A stretch of 64,000 nucleotides of DNA. Source: Candidatus Electryonea clarkiae (GTDB lineage: Bacteria > Electryoneota > Electryoneia > Electryoneales > Electryoneaceae). The translations under genes were made by a program, and so were the position numbers. The notes beneath the pieces are model-generated. The model did not search any database and was not told where the DNA came from. It worked only from the letters and a program-made list of their open reading frames with translations. The stretch lies in NCBI GenBank assembly GCA_030765455.1, contig JAVCCM010000111.1, forward strand, positions 5,410-69,409. Direction: 5' to 3'. Shown piece by piece: positions 54,545 through 64,000 of the stretch. Each line of letters opens with the position of its first letter. Position 1 is the first letter of the stretch.

Positions 54545-56002
54545 TTATAAATCATCCAGCGTAATAGTTTTTACGTTACCAAAAGGTGAAAGCTGGTCTG
54601 TGACTTCATCCGCTTTACCTACAACTGTCATGCGAATATTTTCCGGTTGCAGATATTTTTTCGCCATGGCATTGATTTCATCAAGAGTGACTGCCGCCAT
54701 CCGTTGTCGATAGGTTTCGATATAATTCTGCGGATCCGGTACGTCAAACATCAACGCTGTCTGGAACTGGGTGGCAAGCTGCTGCGGAGTCTCGAACCTT
54801 GCCGGGTATTTTCCGATAAGGAAAGCCTTTGCGTCCTGCAGTTCTTTTTCAGTGAAGCCATCCTTAATTGCCGTTTTCATCAGTCCGTAGATTTCTTCGA
54901 TTACCTGACCGGTTGTTTCAGTCCCGGTTGATGCGCTGAATGTGTATGCGCCTTTCTTCTGTTTGGAAGAAATGTTGCTCCGGGTGTCATAGACAAGTCC
55001 GAGGTCGTTACGGATTCTAAGCATCATCCTGCTGGAAAATCCACCCGCACCGAAAATATAATTCATCAGGCTGAAAGCAGCCTGATCTTTGCCCATATAA
55101 TATGGTGAGCAGACATAACCCATACGGACTTCAGATTGCACGGCATCAGTTTTGTCAACAAGAAGGATCTCTCCGCCTGGAGCCATTACAGGATCACCAA
55201 TTGCTGCCAGCTTGGTGGTTCGTTTTTTCCAACCGGTAAAATATTTCTTGACAAGTTTGTGTGCTTTTTTCCAATCGATATCACCGGATACCGCGAGGAT
55301 TGCCTGGTTCGGAGCAACGAGGTTTTTATACTGTCCTGTAATTTCGTCACGGGTGAAAGCTCCCACGCTTTCCTCAGAACCACTACCCGGCATACCGTAA
55401 GGATGATCTCCATAAACAAATTTTGCATATTGTTTACCGGCAATAGCTGAAGGGCTGTCTTTGTCCTGCATAATTCCGGCAATGATCTGGGGACGTAACC
55501 GCTCAATCTCCTCTTCAGGAAAATTCGCCTTGATAGCACAATCACTGACCAGCTCGAGCGCCAGATCAATATCACGTGTCAGTACACTCGATTGAATGTA
55601 AATTGCATTCCAACCTGAGCCGCTGTTGATAGAGCCGCCGACAAAATCAATTTCTTCAGCCATTTGCGTCGAGGTGCGATTTTCGGTTCCTTCTGTGATC
55701 AAATCTGCCATGAAGCTGACCAAACCGGGTTTGTCCATCGGACTATAAAGCTGCCCGGTCGGGATAAGAAGCCTGATACTCACCACCGGCAATTCATGCT
55801 GGGGGACATAATAAATAGTCAATCCGTTTTTCAGATTCTTCTTAATAAATTTCGGCAATTGCATGGGTGAAGGATCAAGTTTTCCGGATGGTGTGTAAGC
55901 CGGAACCGGGTCAAAATCCTCTTCAGCTATAACAAAATTGCAGGCTAAAAGAAGAATTCCCAAGGATAACATGATACGAATTGTATTTTCTTTGGTTTTC
56001 AT
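54545..56002 (-). CDS. M16-family peptidase, non-catalytic-type subunit (no HxxEH)
   Basis: 485 aa with a signal peptide and an M16/M16_C fold pattern. No HxxEH zinc motif seen. The start ATG overlaps the upstream stop (TAATG). Confidence 0.8.
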   Translation of the reverse strand: MKTKENTIRIMLSLGILLLACNFVIAEEDFDPVPAYTPSGKLDPSPMQLPKFIKKNLKNGLTIYYVPQHELPVVSIRLLIPTGQLYSPMDKPGLVSFMADLITEGTENRTSTQMAEEIDFVGGSINSGSGWNAIYIQSSVLTRDIDLALELVSDCAIKANFPEEEIERLRPQIIAGIMQDKDSPSAIAGKQYAKFVYGDHPYGMPGSGSEESVGAFTRDEITGQYKNLVAPNQAILAVSGDIDWKKAHKLVKKYFTGWKKRTTKLAAIGDPVMAPGGEILLVDKTDAVQSEVRMGYVCSPYYMGKDQAAFSLMNYIFGAGGFSSRMMLRIRNDLGLVYDTRSNISSKQKKGAYTFSASTGTETTGQVIEEIYGLMKTAIKDGFTEKELQDAKAFLIGKYPARFETPQQLATQFQTALMFDVPDPQNYIETYRQRMAAVTLDEINAMAKKYLQPENIRMTVVGKADEVTDQLSPFGNVKTITLDDL

Positions 56003-57417
56003 TATTCGCCCCCTCCCATTTGCATCATACCCATATCGGGTATTTCCGGTACGACGATAAGTACAGTTCGGTTTCGATCATGAAAATATGCTTTGGCAAC
56101 TCTTTGCACGTCTTCGATAGTTACAGCTCGGTATTTCGCAGGTTTCTCCAGGAAAGCATTGTAATCACCATCGTATAGGATTACTGATTCGCCTATAGCG
56201 GAAGCTTTTCCATTAACTGTTTGTAATCCAAAAATATAATCCGCTTCAAGCTGGTTCTTGGCTTTTTGCAGTTCACGTTCGGTTGGCGGATTATCGGGTA
56301 TCCCTTCAATTTCTTCAAAGAGAGCCTTTTCTGCGACTTCCATTTCGACACCTGGATTTACTCCGATGTATGCAAGAAAAATCCCCGGGTCTTTCAGGTC
56401 AAAAAGAAAACCACCTGCAAATGCTGCTACCTGATCGTCATAAATACACCGTTTATAGATACGGGATGATTTGCCGTCAGACAGAATCTTTTGCAGTACT
56501 TCGAGTGCTGCCATATCATCATGGGATGCTTCAGGGACGTGATACGCTGTAAGCAGAAATGGAAGCTGTGCAATACGATGCAGTTTTATACGACGTTCGC
56601 CCTTTTGTGGCGGTTCAACAGTTCTTACATCTGGTGGAACCGGCTGGGATGGTATCTTGCTGTAATACTTGTCAATCAAAAGTTTAGCTTCTTCAGGATC
56701 AAAATCACCGGCAAGGATAACCGTGGCGTTGTTAGGTGCATACCAGGTTTTGTGGAACTTGCGCAGATCCTCTATCTCCCAACCCTCTATATCGCTCATC
56801 CATCCTATGACAGGCCAGCTATAGGGATGTGCACGGAAAGCATTTGTAAACACCTCTTCAAAGGCTTCACCCATAATGCTGTTATCAACACGCATCCTTC
56901 TCTCTTCCGTCACTGCACCGCGTTCCTTGTTAGCGACAGAATCGACAATAGCGAGATTTGCCTGGCGTTCCGCTTCGAGGTGGACTACGAGTTCAAGCTT
57001 ATCAGCAGCGATATTCTCGTAGTATGCTGTTCGATCATACCATGTATTGGCGTTCAGCGATCCGCCATTTGCCTGAACTATATGAGCATGTTCTTCCCTG
57101 GCATACTTCTTCGATCCGTTAAACATCATATGTTCGAAAAAATGTGCGATGCCGGTTTTACTGACTTCTTCGTTCCGGCTGCCTACACGGTAATACACCA
57201 TGTAAGTAATGACAGGCGCGCTGTGATCCTCAAGCATTAATACCTGAAGTCCGTTCTCCAGACTATATTCCTGGACATTCAGAATATCTGGATTGAGTAT
57301 AGGTGCAGGTGTTTCCTCTGCAGCAAATGCAGTGAAGCAAAACACCATTCCCACAGCCAGCCCGATTGCCAACCGTTTTATCATGGATATTCTCCCTTTC
57401 TTAGGCTTTTCAGCCAT
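56002..57417 (-). CDS. M16-family zinc peptidase (insulinase/pitrilysin-like), catalytic-type subunit
   Basis: Inverted zinc motif HFFEHMMFNGS (HxxEH), with downstream E residues (NANTWYDRTAYYE). Signal peptide. Confidence 0.9.
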   Translation of the reverse strand: MAEKPKKGRISMIKRLAIGLAVGMVFCFTAFAAEETPAPILNPDILNVQEYSLENGLQVLMLEDHSAPVITYMVYYRVGSRNEEVSKTGIAHFFEHMMFNGSKKYAREEHAHIVQANGGSLNANTWYDRTAYYENIAADKLELVVHLEAERQANLAIVDSVANKERGAVTEERRMRVDNSIMGEAFEEVFTNAFRAHPYSWPVIGWMSDIEGWEIEDLRKFHKTWYAPNNATVILAGDFDPEEAKLLIDKYYSKIPSQPVPPDVRTVEPPQKGERRIKLHRIAQLPFLLTAYHVPEASHDDMAALEVLQKILSDGKSSRIYKRCIYDDQVAAFAGGFLFDLKDPGIFLAYIGVNPGVEMEVAEKALFEEIEGIPDNPPTERELQKAKNQLEADYIFGLQTVNGKASAIGESVILYDGDYNAFLEKPAKYRAVTIEDVQRVAKAYFHDRNRTVLIVVPEIPDMGMMQMGGGE

Positions 57418-57817
57418 TATTATTGCTCCGATATTGTTGAAGCCGGGCTTTGCCCGGTAAGGATTTCAAGATCAGGAATCTTCGGTTTTCAATGCTGTCA
57501 AGTTGGGAAAAGCAACCTTGTCATCCTGCCTGCACAGGATTTATAATGAACTTAACAGCTACCTATTTCCGCTTGGATCCCTATAAGCATCATTGGAAAC
57601 AAGATAATAAAATATATCACTTGATGGGAGAGTGTAAGTTCTTCTCATGTCTTAAACAAGACCGGAGAGCGAGTAGTGTATTAATTGCATATATCTTTCT
57701 TCCTCCAACAGTTAATTATTCCGGTTTTTTTACAATTTTGAGGTGATTCCCTTTCAAAAATGCGCTAAATTCATTTTCTTATGATAAAAATACATTATTG
57801 CAATTGGAGTCTGGTTA

Positions 57818-58990
57818 ATGCGCCAGTGTGCTGTTGAACGTCTAAAAACTGATATGGTCTTAGCGCGTCCGGTGATGGACCAGTTTTTCCGAATGCTGCT
57901 TGGACCCGGTGTGAGATTGACGCCCGCTTATATCTCAAAGTTGAACAGACTCGAAATTAATTTCGTTTATGTAATGGAGCCGGGTACGGATTTCATAGCA
58001 CCGGACGATATAATTGGGGTCAAGAGCCGAAAAGAAGTATTTACCGCATTCGATGAATTCACCGAGTCAAGAGAAGAAGAGAAAAAACCGTCTGAACATA
58101 CCATTCGAAGTGTAGGGAAATCATCGAAAAGTTCATCTGGGAAAACGATGATGATTCGGCGTGCGACCGACACCATGTTAAAAGATGTCCTGAATTCATC
58201 CGTCAGTTATTATTATCCCAGTGTAAATCTTTCGAGTAACCCGAGCTTCAACCACGCCTTCGACGTGGCTCAACTTTCCATGATGCTCGGTATGCGTTTT
58301 CATTACAGCGAGAACGAGCTGTTACGTCTTGGTGAGGCAGGATTACTCCATGATATGGCAAAAAGCCAACTGGATGAGTCGCTTGTTACTACTGTACAAA
58401 GCAAGTTTACACAGGAGCAACTACAGTCATATTATCTTCATCCTGATGTGGCTATGAATGCAATAATGAGTGACCGGAGTATCGATCCGGCAGTGGCAAT
58501 GGCAGTGCATCAACATCATGAGCATCACGATGGCAGTGGATTTCCCCAGGGATTGGAAGGCAGCTCTGATCCACCTCTTACAAATCGTATAGCTCCTAAA
58601 AAAATATTCAGACTCGCAGAAATTCTCGCGGTGGCAAACTACTTTGACAACCTTCTAAATGGAAGAATTGACGGTAAGTTGTATGCACCTCTCGATGCAG
58701 TAGATGAATTGATTCAACTTTCAGGCAGTTATTTCAATCCAAATATCGTGAGGGAATCAGTTGCAATTATCAATGTTTTCCCACTCGGCTGCAACGTGAA
58801 TGTCTCCGAGAGCTATAGTGCTGAAATTACTAACTATCGTGGGGTTGTGGCGAAAGTTAATCCATCTGATTTACATCGCCCCGAGGTTTTGCTTCTTTAT
58901 AATTCCAACAGGATGAAACTGGAGCCGCCTTTGATGGTAGATTTCAGCGAAGACAAATACGCCAAACTGTCATATATATATTCTTTATAG
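57818..58990 (+). CDS. HD-GYP-type domain protein with DUF3391-like N-terminal region (GYP replaced by GFP)
   Basis: GLLHDMAK (HD) and HQHHEHHDGSGFPQG. The N-terminal L..DMVLARPV.D.....LL..GV.L......KL....I..VYV pattern is typical of HD-GYP proteins with this N-domain. Confidence 0.75.
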   Translation: MRQCAVERLKTDMVLARPVMDQFFRMLLGPGVRLTPAYISKLNRLEINFVYVMEPGTDFIAPDDIIGVKSRKEVFTAFDEFTESREEEKKPSEHTIRSVGKSSKSSSGKTMMIRRATDTMLKDVLNSSVSYYYPSVNLSSNPSFNHAFDVAQLSMMLGMRFHYSENELLRLGEAGLLHDMAKSQLDESLVTTVQSKFTQEQLQSYYLHPDVAMNAIMSDRSIDPAVAMAVHQHHEHHDGSGFPQGLEGSSDPPLTNRIAPKKIFRLAEILAVANYFDNLLNGRIDGKLYAPLDAVDELIQLSGSYFNPNIVRESVAIINVFPLGCNVNVSESYSAEITNYRGVVAKVNPSDLHRPEVLLLYNSNRMKLEPPLMVDFSEDKYAKLSYIYSL

Positions 58991-59103
58991 AATTTTACTC
59001 ACTTCATAATCCAGCTTAATCGGGTAATTAAAGTTTCTACGATGAACTACTTTTATTGAAGAATCTCCGTTTTGAATTCTGGAAGATAACACCTCTTTTT
59101 ACG

Positions 59104-59128
59104 AAAAAATCCCTTTCAATGAAAGGGA
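59104..59128 (-). terminator. rho-independent terminator after glgA
   Basis: Minus-strand read is TCCCTTT-cattg-AAAGGGA followed by TTTTTT. It lies 32 nt after the glgA stop. Confidence 0.7.
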
Positions 59129-59159
59129 CTTACTTATGAAAAAGAATGAGGTTTTATCG

Positions 59160-60653
59160 TTATAGAGTAACTGGATTTACCTTTAGAACATCGGCGTAGA
59201 TGTCAAGTATCTTTTCAGAGGATTTCATCCAGGAAAAATCTTTTGCCATACCATTACGCATCAGTTTTTTCCAGGCTTTCTTATCCGAGAAGGTTGTTAA
59301 TGCCCTGTCAATTGCATCGATTAACGCACTTTCATTGAATTCATCAAAAATAAATCCTGTACCATTGGTATTCTTTTCATCGAAATTGTCAACTGTATCA
59401 ATTAATCCGCCTGTGCCGTGAACAATAGGTGGAGTACCATATCGCAGGCTGAACATCTGGTTCATGCCGCATGGCTCATATCTCGAAGGCATAAGGTAAG
59501 CATCCACACCGGCTTCTATGCGATGGGCGAGGGCAGTGTCAAATTCATCTTTAAAGATAAATCTACCGGGGTATTCTTTTTCCGCCTTCTTCAGTGCTTT
59601 TTGTAAATCCGGCTCCCCGACTCCAAGAACAATTATCGCAACGTCTTTTTCCATGATCTTGTCAAGCGCTGAAATCAGCAACTCATAACCCTTTTGTTCG
59701 ACAAGCCGTGAGACCATACCGATCAGTAAAGTCCTGGGTTCAAGGCTAACAGAAAGTTCTTCACATAATGAAGCGCGGTTTTCAGATTTAGCATCAAGTT
59801 CATCGGCGGTGTAATTTGCTTGAAGATTACCGTTGGTTTCGGGATTCCATTCCTGATTGTCAATACCATTCAATACACCCTTGAATCGATCTCCTAGATC
59901 CGAGAGTGCTTCTCCCATTCCACACCCGATTTCGGGTTTCGTCAGAATCTCTTGTGCATAAGTTGGCGATACGGTAGTAACCATATCCGCGGTCTTGATT
60001 CCGGCATGGAGGAAATTGAATTTTCCATTATGCCATGCAGGATGATTCTCATCGAAAGGCATTGTATTAGCGCTGATTTCAGATGCAATTTCGGGATCAA
60101 ATTCACCCTGATAGGCAATATTATGAATTGTAAAAACGGTCTTGATATCTTTGAAAAAAGGATCGTCTTTATAAACTGTTTTTAAGTAGTACGAAACAAG
60201 ACCTGATGACCAGTCATTGAAGTGAATCAAGTCCGGCTGCCAGTACAGCACTTTCAGCATTTCAAAAGCAGTGCGAGCGAATAATGCGAAACGAAAATGG
60301 TTGTCAGGCCAGCCTTTGCCAGTTTCCAGATCATTATAGATTTCCGGACGGTCAAAATGTGGTTTACTTTCTACAAAATAAGCTTGCACTTTAGATTCCG
60401 GGATGAACCCCGATTTTACATTAAGAACAACAACCTCGTCACCCATTGGAACTTCGATATCACGCAGACGAATAACTTCTCTCAGATTATATTTTCTGTC
60501 ACGGATGAATTTATATTTTGGCAATAATACTCTGATATCATGTTCTTTATCTTTCAAAATACGTGGCAGAGAATTAGCGACATCAGCCAATCCTCCGACT
60601 TTCGCAAATGGTGTAATTTCACTACTGAGATACAGGACATTATAAGTTGCCAT
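59160..60653 (-). CDS. glgA: glycogen synthase (ADP-glucose type)
   Basis: N-terminal LSSEITPFAKVGGLADV, plus ..HNIAYQG.. and ..PSRYEPCGMNQM.. motifs. 497 aa. Confidence 0.95.
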   Translation of the reverse strand: MATYNVLYLSSEITPFAKVGGLADVANSLPRILKDKEHDIRVLLPKYKFIRDRKYNLREVIRLRDIEVPMGDEVVVLNVKSGFIPESKVQAYFVESKPHFDRPEIYNDLETGKGWPDNHFRFALFARTAFEMLKVLYWQPDLIHFNDWSSGLVSYYLKTVYKDDPFFKDIKTVFTIHNIAYQGEFDPEIASEISANTMPFDENHPAWHNGKFNFLHAGIKTADMVTTVSPTYAQEILTKPEIGCGMGEALSDLGDRFKGVLNGIDNQEWNPETNGNLQANYTADELDAKSENRASLCEELSVSLEPRTLLIGMVSRLVEQKGYELLISALDKIMEKDVAIIVLGVGEPDLQKALKKAEKEYPGRFIFKDEFDTALAHRIEAGVDAYLMPSRYEPCGMNQMFSLRYGTPPIVHGTGGLIDTVDNFDEKNTNGTGFIFDEFNESALIDAIDRALTTFSDKKAWKKLMRNGMAKDFSWMKSSEKILDIYADVLKVNPVTL

Positions 60654-60719
60654 CTTATCAAAGCCTTATTTTTTGGGTTTTACAGCAAGTTAGGGAGCTA
60701 AAACGCTAATATAAAATAA

Positions 60720-62411
60720 TTAAGCGGCTGAATCAAGGTCAGAAGTATAAACGATGGTACAATTTCTTCCTTTTGCTTTTGCGCGGTAGAGAGCACGATC
60801 TGAATTGTTAATGAGATCGCGAGGAGTTTTTATGTTGCCGGTATTATCAGCGACACCGAGACTGATAGTAAGTCGTCCCAGGGGTTGACTGTCGGTCTTG
60901 TTAAAATTTGTATTCATGATAGACTGCCGGATTTTTTCCGCCACAAGCAGCCCGGCGGATACATCACTTTCAGGGAGTATGAGTGCGAATTCTTCACCAC
61001 CGTAACGTGCAACCGTATCTTCCTCACGTACATTAGCTTTTAAAACTTGTGCTAATTCCCTGAGAAGCCTGTCACCTACAAGATGACCGTGAGTATCATT
61101 GTAGTGTTTAAAGTGATCAATATCAATCATTACCATTGTAAGGTTATGGCCATAACGTCTGGCGCGCTTAAATTCTTTTTTGATTTGTTCGTTGAAATAA
61201 CGTCTATTTGATATATTAGTCAGGGCGTCAATTGTAGCCATTCGATGCACTTTTGTATGAGCGTTTGAAGCCTCAATACAACGAGCTATCGTTTTACTGA
61301 TCAATTCTACCTTTTCAATTTCGTGGGTGGAAATCATTAAAGATCGACGATAAAACAGCATTAATAAGCCCTGCACACGTCGGTTAAATACAAGGGGAAT
61401 GACAATACCTTCCTTTAATCCGGCAAGTTGAATCAAGTGTGGATTCATTACACCATCGACCCGTTCAGTGCGAATAATACGTGGGCGCTTCTCTTTCATT
61501 ATGCCCGTAACAAGCTTTTCGCCGAGAAGAATGGACATTTTATCGTCACCATAGCCGGTATAATTACGTCTCCAGGAGATGAATTCCTCATATCTTTTGC
61601 CGACACGGGTAAAAATATGGATTTCCATAAAATCGTAATTAATCGTTTTCTTTAAAACACTGCTAATAGCAGGCAGGAGCCGTTCAGCCCGTAACTCACC
61701 TCCAACGGCATCCTGAATCCGGTTGTGAATTGAAACCCATTGAGCTTCAATCAGTCGTCTCTGTGTCCAGGGGTCGAGATTGTCTGCTAATGCCACAGCA
61801 GAGCGCACCGGTGGGAGAACAAGAGAAGCGCCTTTATCCAGTTTTCCAATTCTATTATAGCTGCTTTTCATTCCATCAAGCTGTTGTTTCAACTCACCAG
61901 GGAAGGTTTTATGATTTGCGATGGCATCAACTGCAATTTTTACATTGTCAAGATCCCACGATAGTCCCACATGCCATAAATCATCAAGGGATACCCCAAA
62001 ACGTTTTCGTTTAGGTTGACGTCTCGCAACAAGTACAAGTGTTCCATACAATCCGGTCCATGCGATCCATAATTCATTTAGAAATGCATGGTTTCCACGA
62101 GGTTGTTCGGAGGTTAAATGCCATAGTCGTTCATCATTTGGAACGACTGTTAATAAACCGGGACCGTGAGGGGTTGAGCCTGAGGGCCAGTCAGCCACTG
62201 CCTGCACAAGCCTTTCGGGGATATAAGCAAATCCATGCTGAACTTCTGACAATCTTGCCGCCTCAAAAATGGAATGAAGCAAGCCTACAAGACTATGGCT
62301 CAGGTAAAGACGGCGATATGCAGTCTCAAGCCCTTTGCTTTCAAGTTTTTGCCAGGCTCCGTCGATAGTTCTGTAAAAACTAGCACTATTTGGTGGAGTC
62401 TTCTTCGGCAT
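60720..62411 (-). CDS. diguanylate cyclase (GAF-like sensor region + GGDEF)
   Basis: C-terminal DALT...NRR.F...., ..DIDHFK.YND..GH..GD..L and the RYGGEEFALILP active site. A long N-terminal sensor part contains a GAF-like segment. Confidence 0.9.
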   Translation of the reverse strand: MPKKTPPNSASFYRTIDGAWQKLESKGLETAYRRLYLSHSLVGLLHSIFEAARLSEVQHGFAYIPERLVQAVADWPSGSTPHGPGLLTVVPNDERLWHLTSEQPRGNHAFLNELWIAWTGLYGTLVLVARRQPKRKRFGVSLDDLWHVGLSWDLDNVKIAVDAIANHKTFPGELKQQLDGMKSSYNRIGKLDKGASLVLPPVRSAVALADNLDPWTQRRLIEAQWVSIHNRIQDAVGGELRAERLLPAISSVLKKTINYDFMEIHIFTRVGKRYEEFISWRRNYTGYGDDKMSILLGEKLVTGIMKEKRPRIIRTERVDGVMNPHLIQLAGLKEGIVIPLVFNRRVQGLLMLFYRRSLMISTHEIEKVELISKTIARCIEASNAHTKVHRMATIDALTNISNRRYFNEQIKKEFKRARRYGHNLTMVMIDIDHFKHYNDTHGHLVGDRLLRELAQVLKANVREEDTVARYGGEEFALILPESDVSAGLLVAEKIRQSIMNTNFNKTDSQPLGRLTISLGVADNTGNIKTPRDLINNSDRALYRAKAKGRNCTIVYTSDLDSAA

Positions 62412-63193
62412 TAAAACACCTCAAACTGATTTTTAAGTAACTGCTTTAATCGCATTGCACTCTTAATGGCTTGTCCAGCATGACAATTGTTGAAAAAAAG
62501 GTAAGTAGTTTCAGCCCTTTGTGCCATACTCTTTATTCGAGGCGTCCATTCATGGAGTTCTTTATCAGAATAACTCCAATCGTACCTGTCTCCTGCTTTT
62601 GGATTGTACCATGTCGTCTTGTTGCGACCGTGAAAACGTACATATCCAAACTTTCCGGCGACAGCAGGACGTGCATTTGCAAGTCCAGATAAGTTCGGTT
62701 GATCTACCGCCACCCACCCATATCCAAGATTTCTGCATAATTCAACTGTGCTTTCATTATCCCAGCTTTTATGCCGGAATTCTGCAAAAATCTTAATTCC
62801 CTTTGATTTTTCAATGAGAGCTGAAAGGTATTGTTTTTCCACATCCCCAGCATGGAATGATGCCGGGAACTGAGCAAGAAGACCCTTCAGTTTGCGGGAA
62901 TCGATCAATGGAGAAATACATTCCAGTAAATCATTGATTTCTTCTCCACCCTGTTTGCGAATATGAGTGCTTTCCTTGTTTAATTTTGTAATAAATGTAA
63001 AGTTGTCCGGTGTCTGATCCACCCACTTCATAACGGTCTCTTTTTTGGGGAGACCGTAATAGGTCATATTGATTTCTACAGTATTAAAATGCTCCGAGTA
63101 ATGCTGAAGCCACCTGTCTTTACCAAGCTTTTCAGGGTAAAAACTTCCCACCCAGTCTGTGAAATAATAACCGGAGGTGCCGATCACGATCAT
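62411..63193 (-). CDS. DUF72-family protein
   Basis: The N-terminus IGTSGYYFTDWVGSFYP.......L..Y...F.TVEINMTYY..P is the DUF72 signature. The stop overlaps the GGDEF start (TAATG) and the start overlaps the hutI stop (ATGA). Confidence 0.85.
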   Translation of the reverse strand: MIVIGTSGYYFTDWVGSFYPEKLGKDRWLQHYSEHFNTVEINMTYYGLPKKETVMKWVDQTPDNFTFITKLNKESTHIRKQGGEEINDLLECISPLIDSRKLKGLLAQFPASFHAGDVEKQYLSALIEKSKGIKIFAEFRHKSWDNESTVELCRNLGYGWVAVDQPNLSGLANARPAVAGKFGYVRFHGRNKTTWYNPKAGDRYDWSYSDKELHEWTPRIKSMAQRAETTYLFFNNCHAGQAIKSAMRLKQLLKNQFEVF

Positions 63194-64000
63194 TCTGCAG
63201 CCCCGGAAACCGCACCGATCCTTCTGCCTTTATCTACAACCAAAACACCTCGTTTGAATACTTTTTCAACCTGGTTAATCCCAAAATGATATGGGATCAT
63301 ACTGATATTTTCGGATCGCCATACCACAAGGTCAGCCAGCATTCCCGGTTCTATCGAGCCCCGGTCATCAAGATCCAGCGCCCGGGCGGAGCCAATAGTA
63401 GCCATCCATAAGGCTTCTTCTGCGGTAATGCGAAAGCGTATCACGCCAAGATGCATTGCCATCTGCATTGATTCGCACATTGCACTGCCGGGATTGAAGT
63501 CTGTTGCCAATGCACACACAATACCCTTTTCGATCATTTTGCGGACCGGGGGATCTTGTTCCATCCGAAGAAAGTGTGCGGCTACCGGCAGCAGACCGGC
63601 TGCTGTATTCGAGTTTGCAAGAAGTTCAATGGATTCATCATCAATGTATTCTATATGGTCAGCTGATAATGCACCCATCTCGACAGCCAGCCTGGTCCCT
63701 CCAAGAGGGGAAAGCTGGTCAGCATGAAGTTTTATCGCCAAACCATGTTTTTGGGCGGCTGAAAGGACGGTGCGCGATTCCTCAAGAGAATAAACCCCTT
63801 TTTCACAAAATATATCGCATGCAACCGCGAGATTTTCTTCTGCTACACGCGGTATCATTTGATTGATCAATAAATTTATGTAACCATCATGATTGTTACG
63901 GTATTCCAATGGAAATTCATGAGCGCCCAGGAAAGTCGGGATTAGATCAAGTGGGTGTTTTTCGTCTAAGCCCTGAATTGCCTGGAGCATCTTTATTTCA
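63190..64000 (-). CDS. hutI: imidazolonepropionase (5' end beyond the right edge)
   Basis: TFLGAHEFP..Y, ..DIFCEKGV.., ..KLHADQLS..GG..LA.E.GA.SADH.EY, ..ALATDFNPGS and ..GSIEPG..ADLV are all conserved HutI blocks. The frame stays open upstream of the ORF-track Met to nt 64000. Confidence 0.9.
   Translation of the reverse strand, partial: EIKMLQAIQGLDEKHPLDLIPTFLGAHEFPLEYRNNHDGYINLLINQMIPRVAEENLAVACDIFCEKGVYSLEESRTVLSAAQKHGLAIKLHADQLSPLGGTRLAVEMGALSADHIEYIDDESIELLANSNTAAGLLPVAAHFLRMEQDPPVRKMIEKGIVCALATDFNPGSAMCESMQMAMHLGVIRFRITAEEALWMATIGSARALDLDDRGSIEPGMLADLVVWRSENISMIPYHFGINQVEKVFKRGVLVVDKGRRIGAVSGAAE

Noticed and set aside
56491-57240. 249-aa plus-strand ORF antisense to the M16 peptidase gene
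   Set aside because: It is fully embedded in a CDS with a clear HxxEH motif on the other strand. It has no recognisable domain or RBS, so I treat it as a shadow ORF. The same reasoning applies to the other antisense ORFs in the track (for example 2069-2521, 13803-14360, 53765-54268 and 7535-8029).
57443-57457. Palindrome CCGGGC-TTT-GCCCGG upstream of the M16 operon as a terminator
   Set aside because: There is no U-run on either strand, and it lies upstream of (not after) the adjacent minus-strand operon. Function unknown, not called.

Overview
This is a 64-kb chromosomal segment from what looks like an uncultivated anaerobic bacterium. The lineage guess (FCB-superphylum-like) is inference only, based on a T9SS C-terminal sorting domain and on BatA-type, LpxL-type and M16-pair envelope genes; many genes nevertheless have clear GGAGG-type RBSs. 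I count about 55 protein genes and saw no rRNA, tRNA, CRISPR array, transposase or integrase by eye.

Core content: folE, folP, coaD, accD, pta, an aspartate aminotransferase, nadB, glgA, a partial hutI, a MarR-TolC-MFP-RND efflux operon, a long PiT phosphate transporter, and c-di-GMP enzymes (two HD-GYP, one GAF-GGDEF).

Highlights:
1. An hgcA-hgcB mercury-methylation pair (3557-5036). HgcA has a Cys-rich N-terminal extension that mirrors the Cys-rich C-terminal tail of HgcB. The pair sits in a compositionally mosaic stretch bracketed by repeats.
2. An AT-rich islet of about 4 kb (37.2-41.2 kb). It holds a BrnT/BrnA toxin-antitoxin pair, then an unrecognisable 435-aa Zn-ribbon protein and a 557-aa coiled-coil protein with an Mrr-type PD-(D/E)xK nuclease domain. 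This is my best candidate in the window for an undescribed, defence-like two-gene system.
3. A Tat-exported Psr/Phs-type molybdopterin reductase operon joined to split YeeE/YedE sulfur transporters and a membrane-anchored rhodanese. Long perfect hairpin repeats are inserted at both internal intergenic junctions.
4. A PpsA-like ATP-grasp/swivel-His protein without an obvious TIM-barrel domain, coupled to a stand-alone receiver and a ferritin-like protein.
5. A frameshifted cysteine synthase.
6. Several families of short structured intergenic repeats (REP-like), one showing a compensatory stem substitution.

Everything is from manual reading of the sequence and ORF track. Hairpin and repeat coordinates may be off by 1-2 nt, and no database search was possible.
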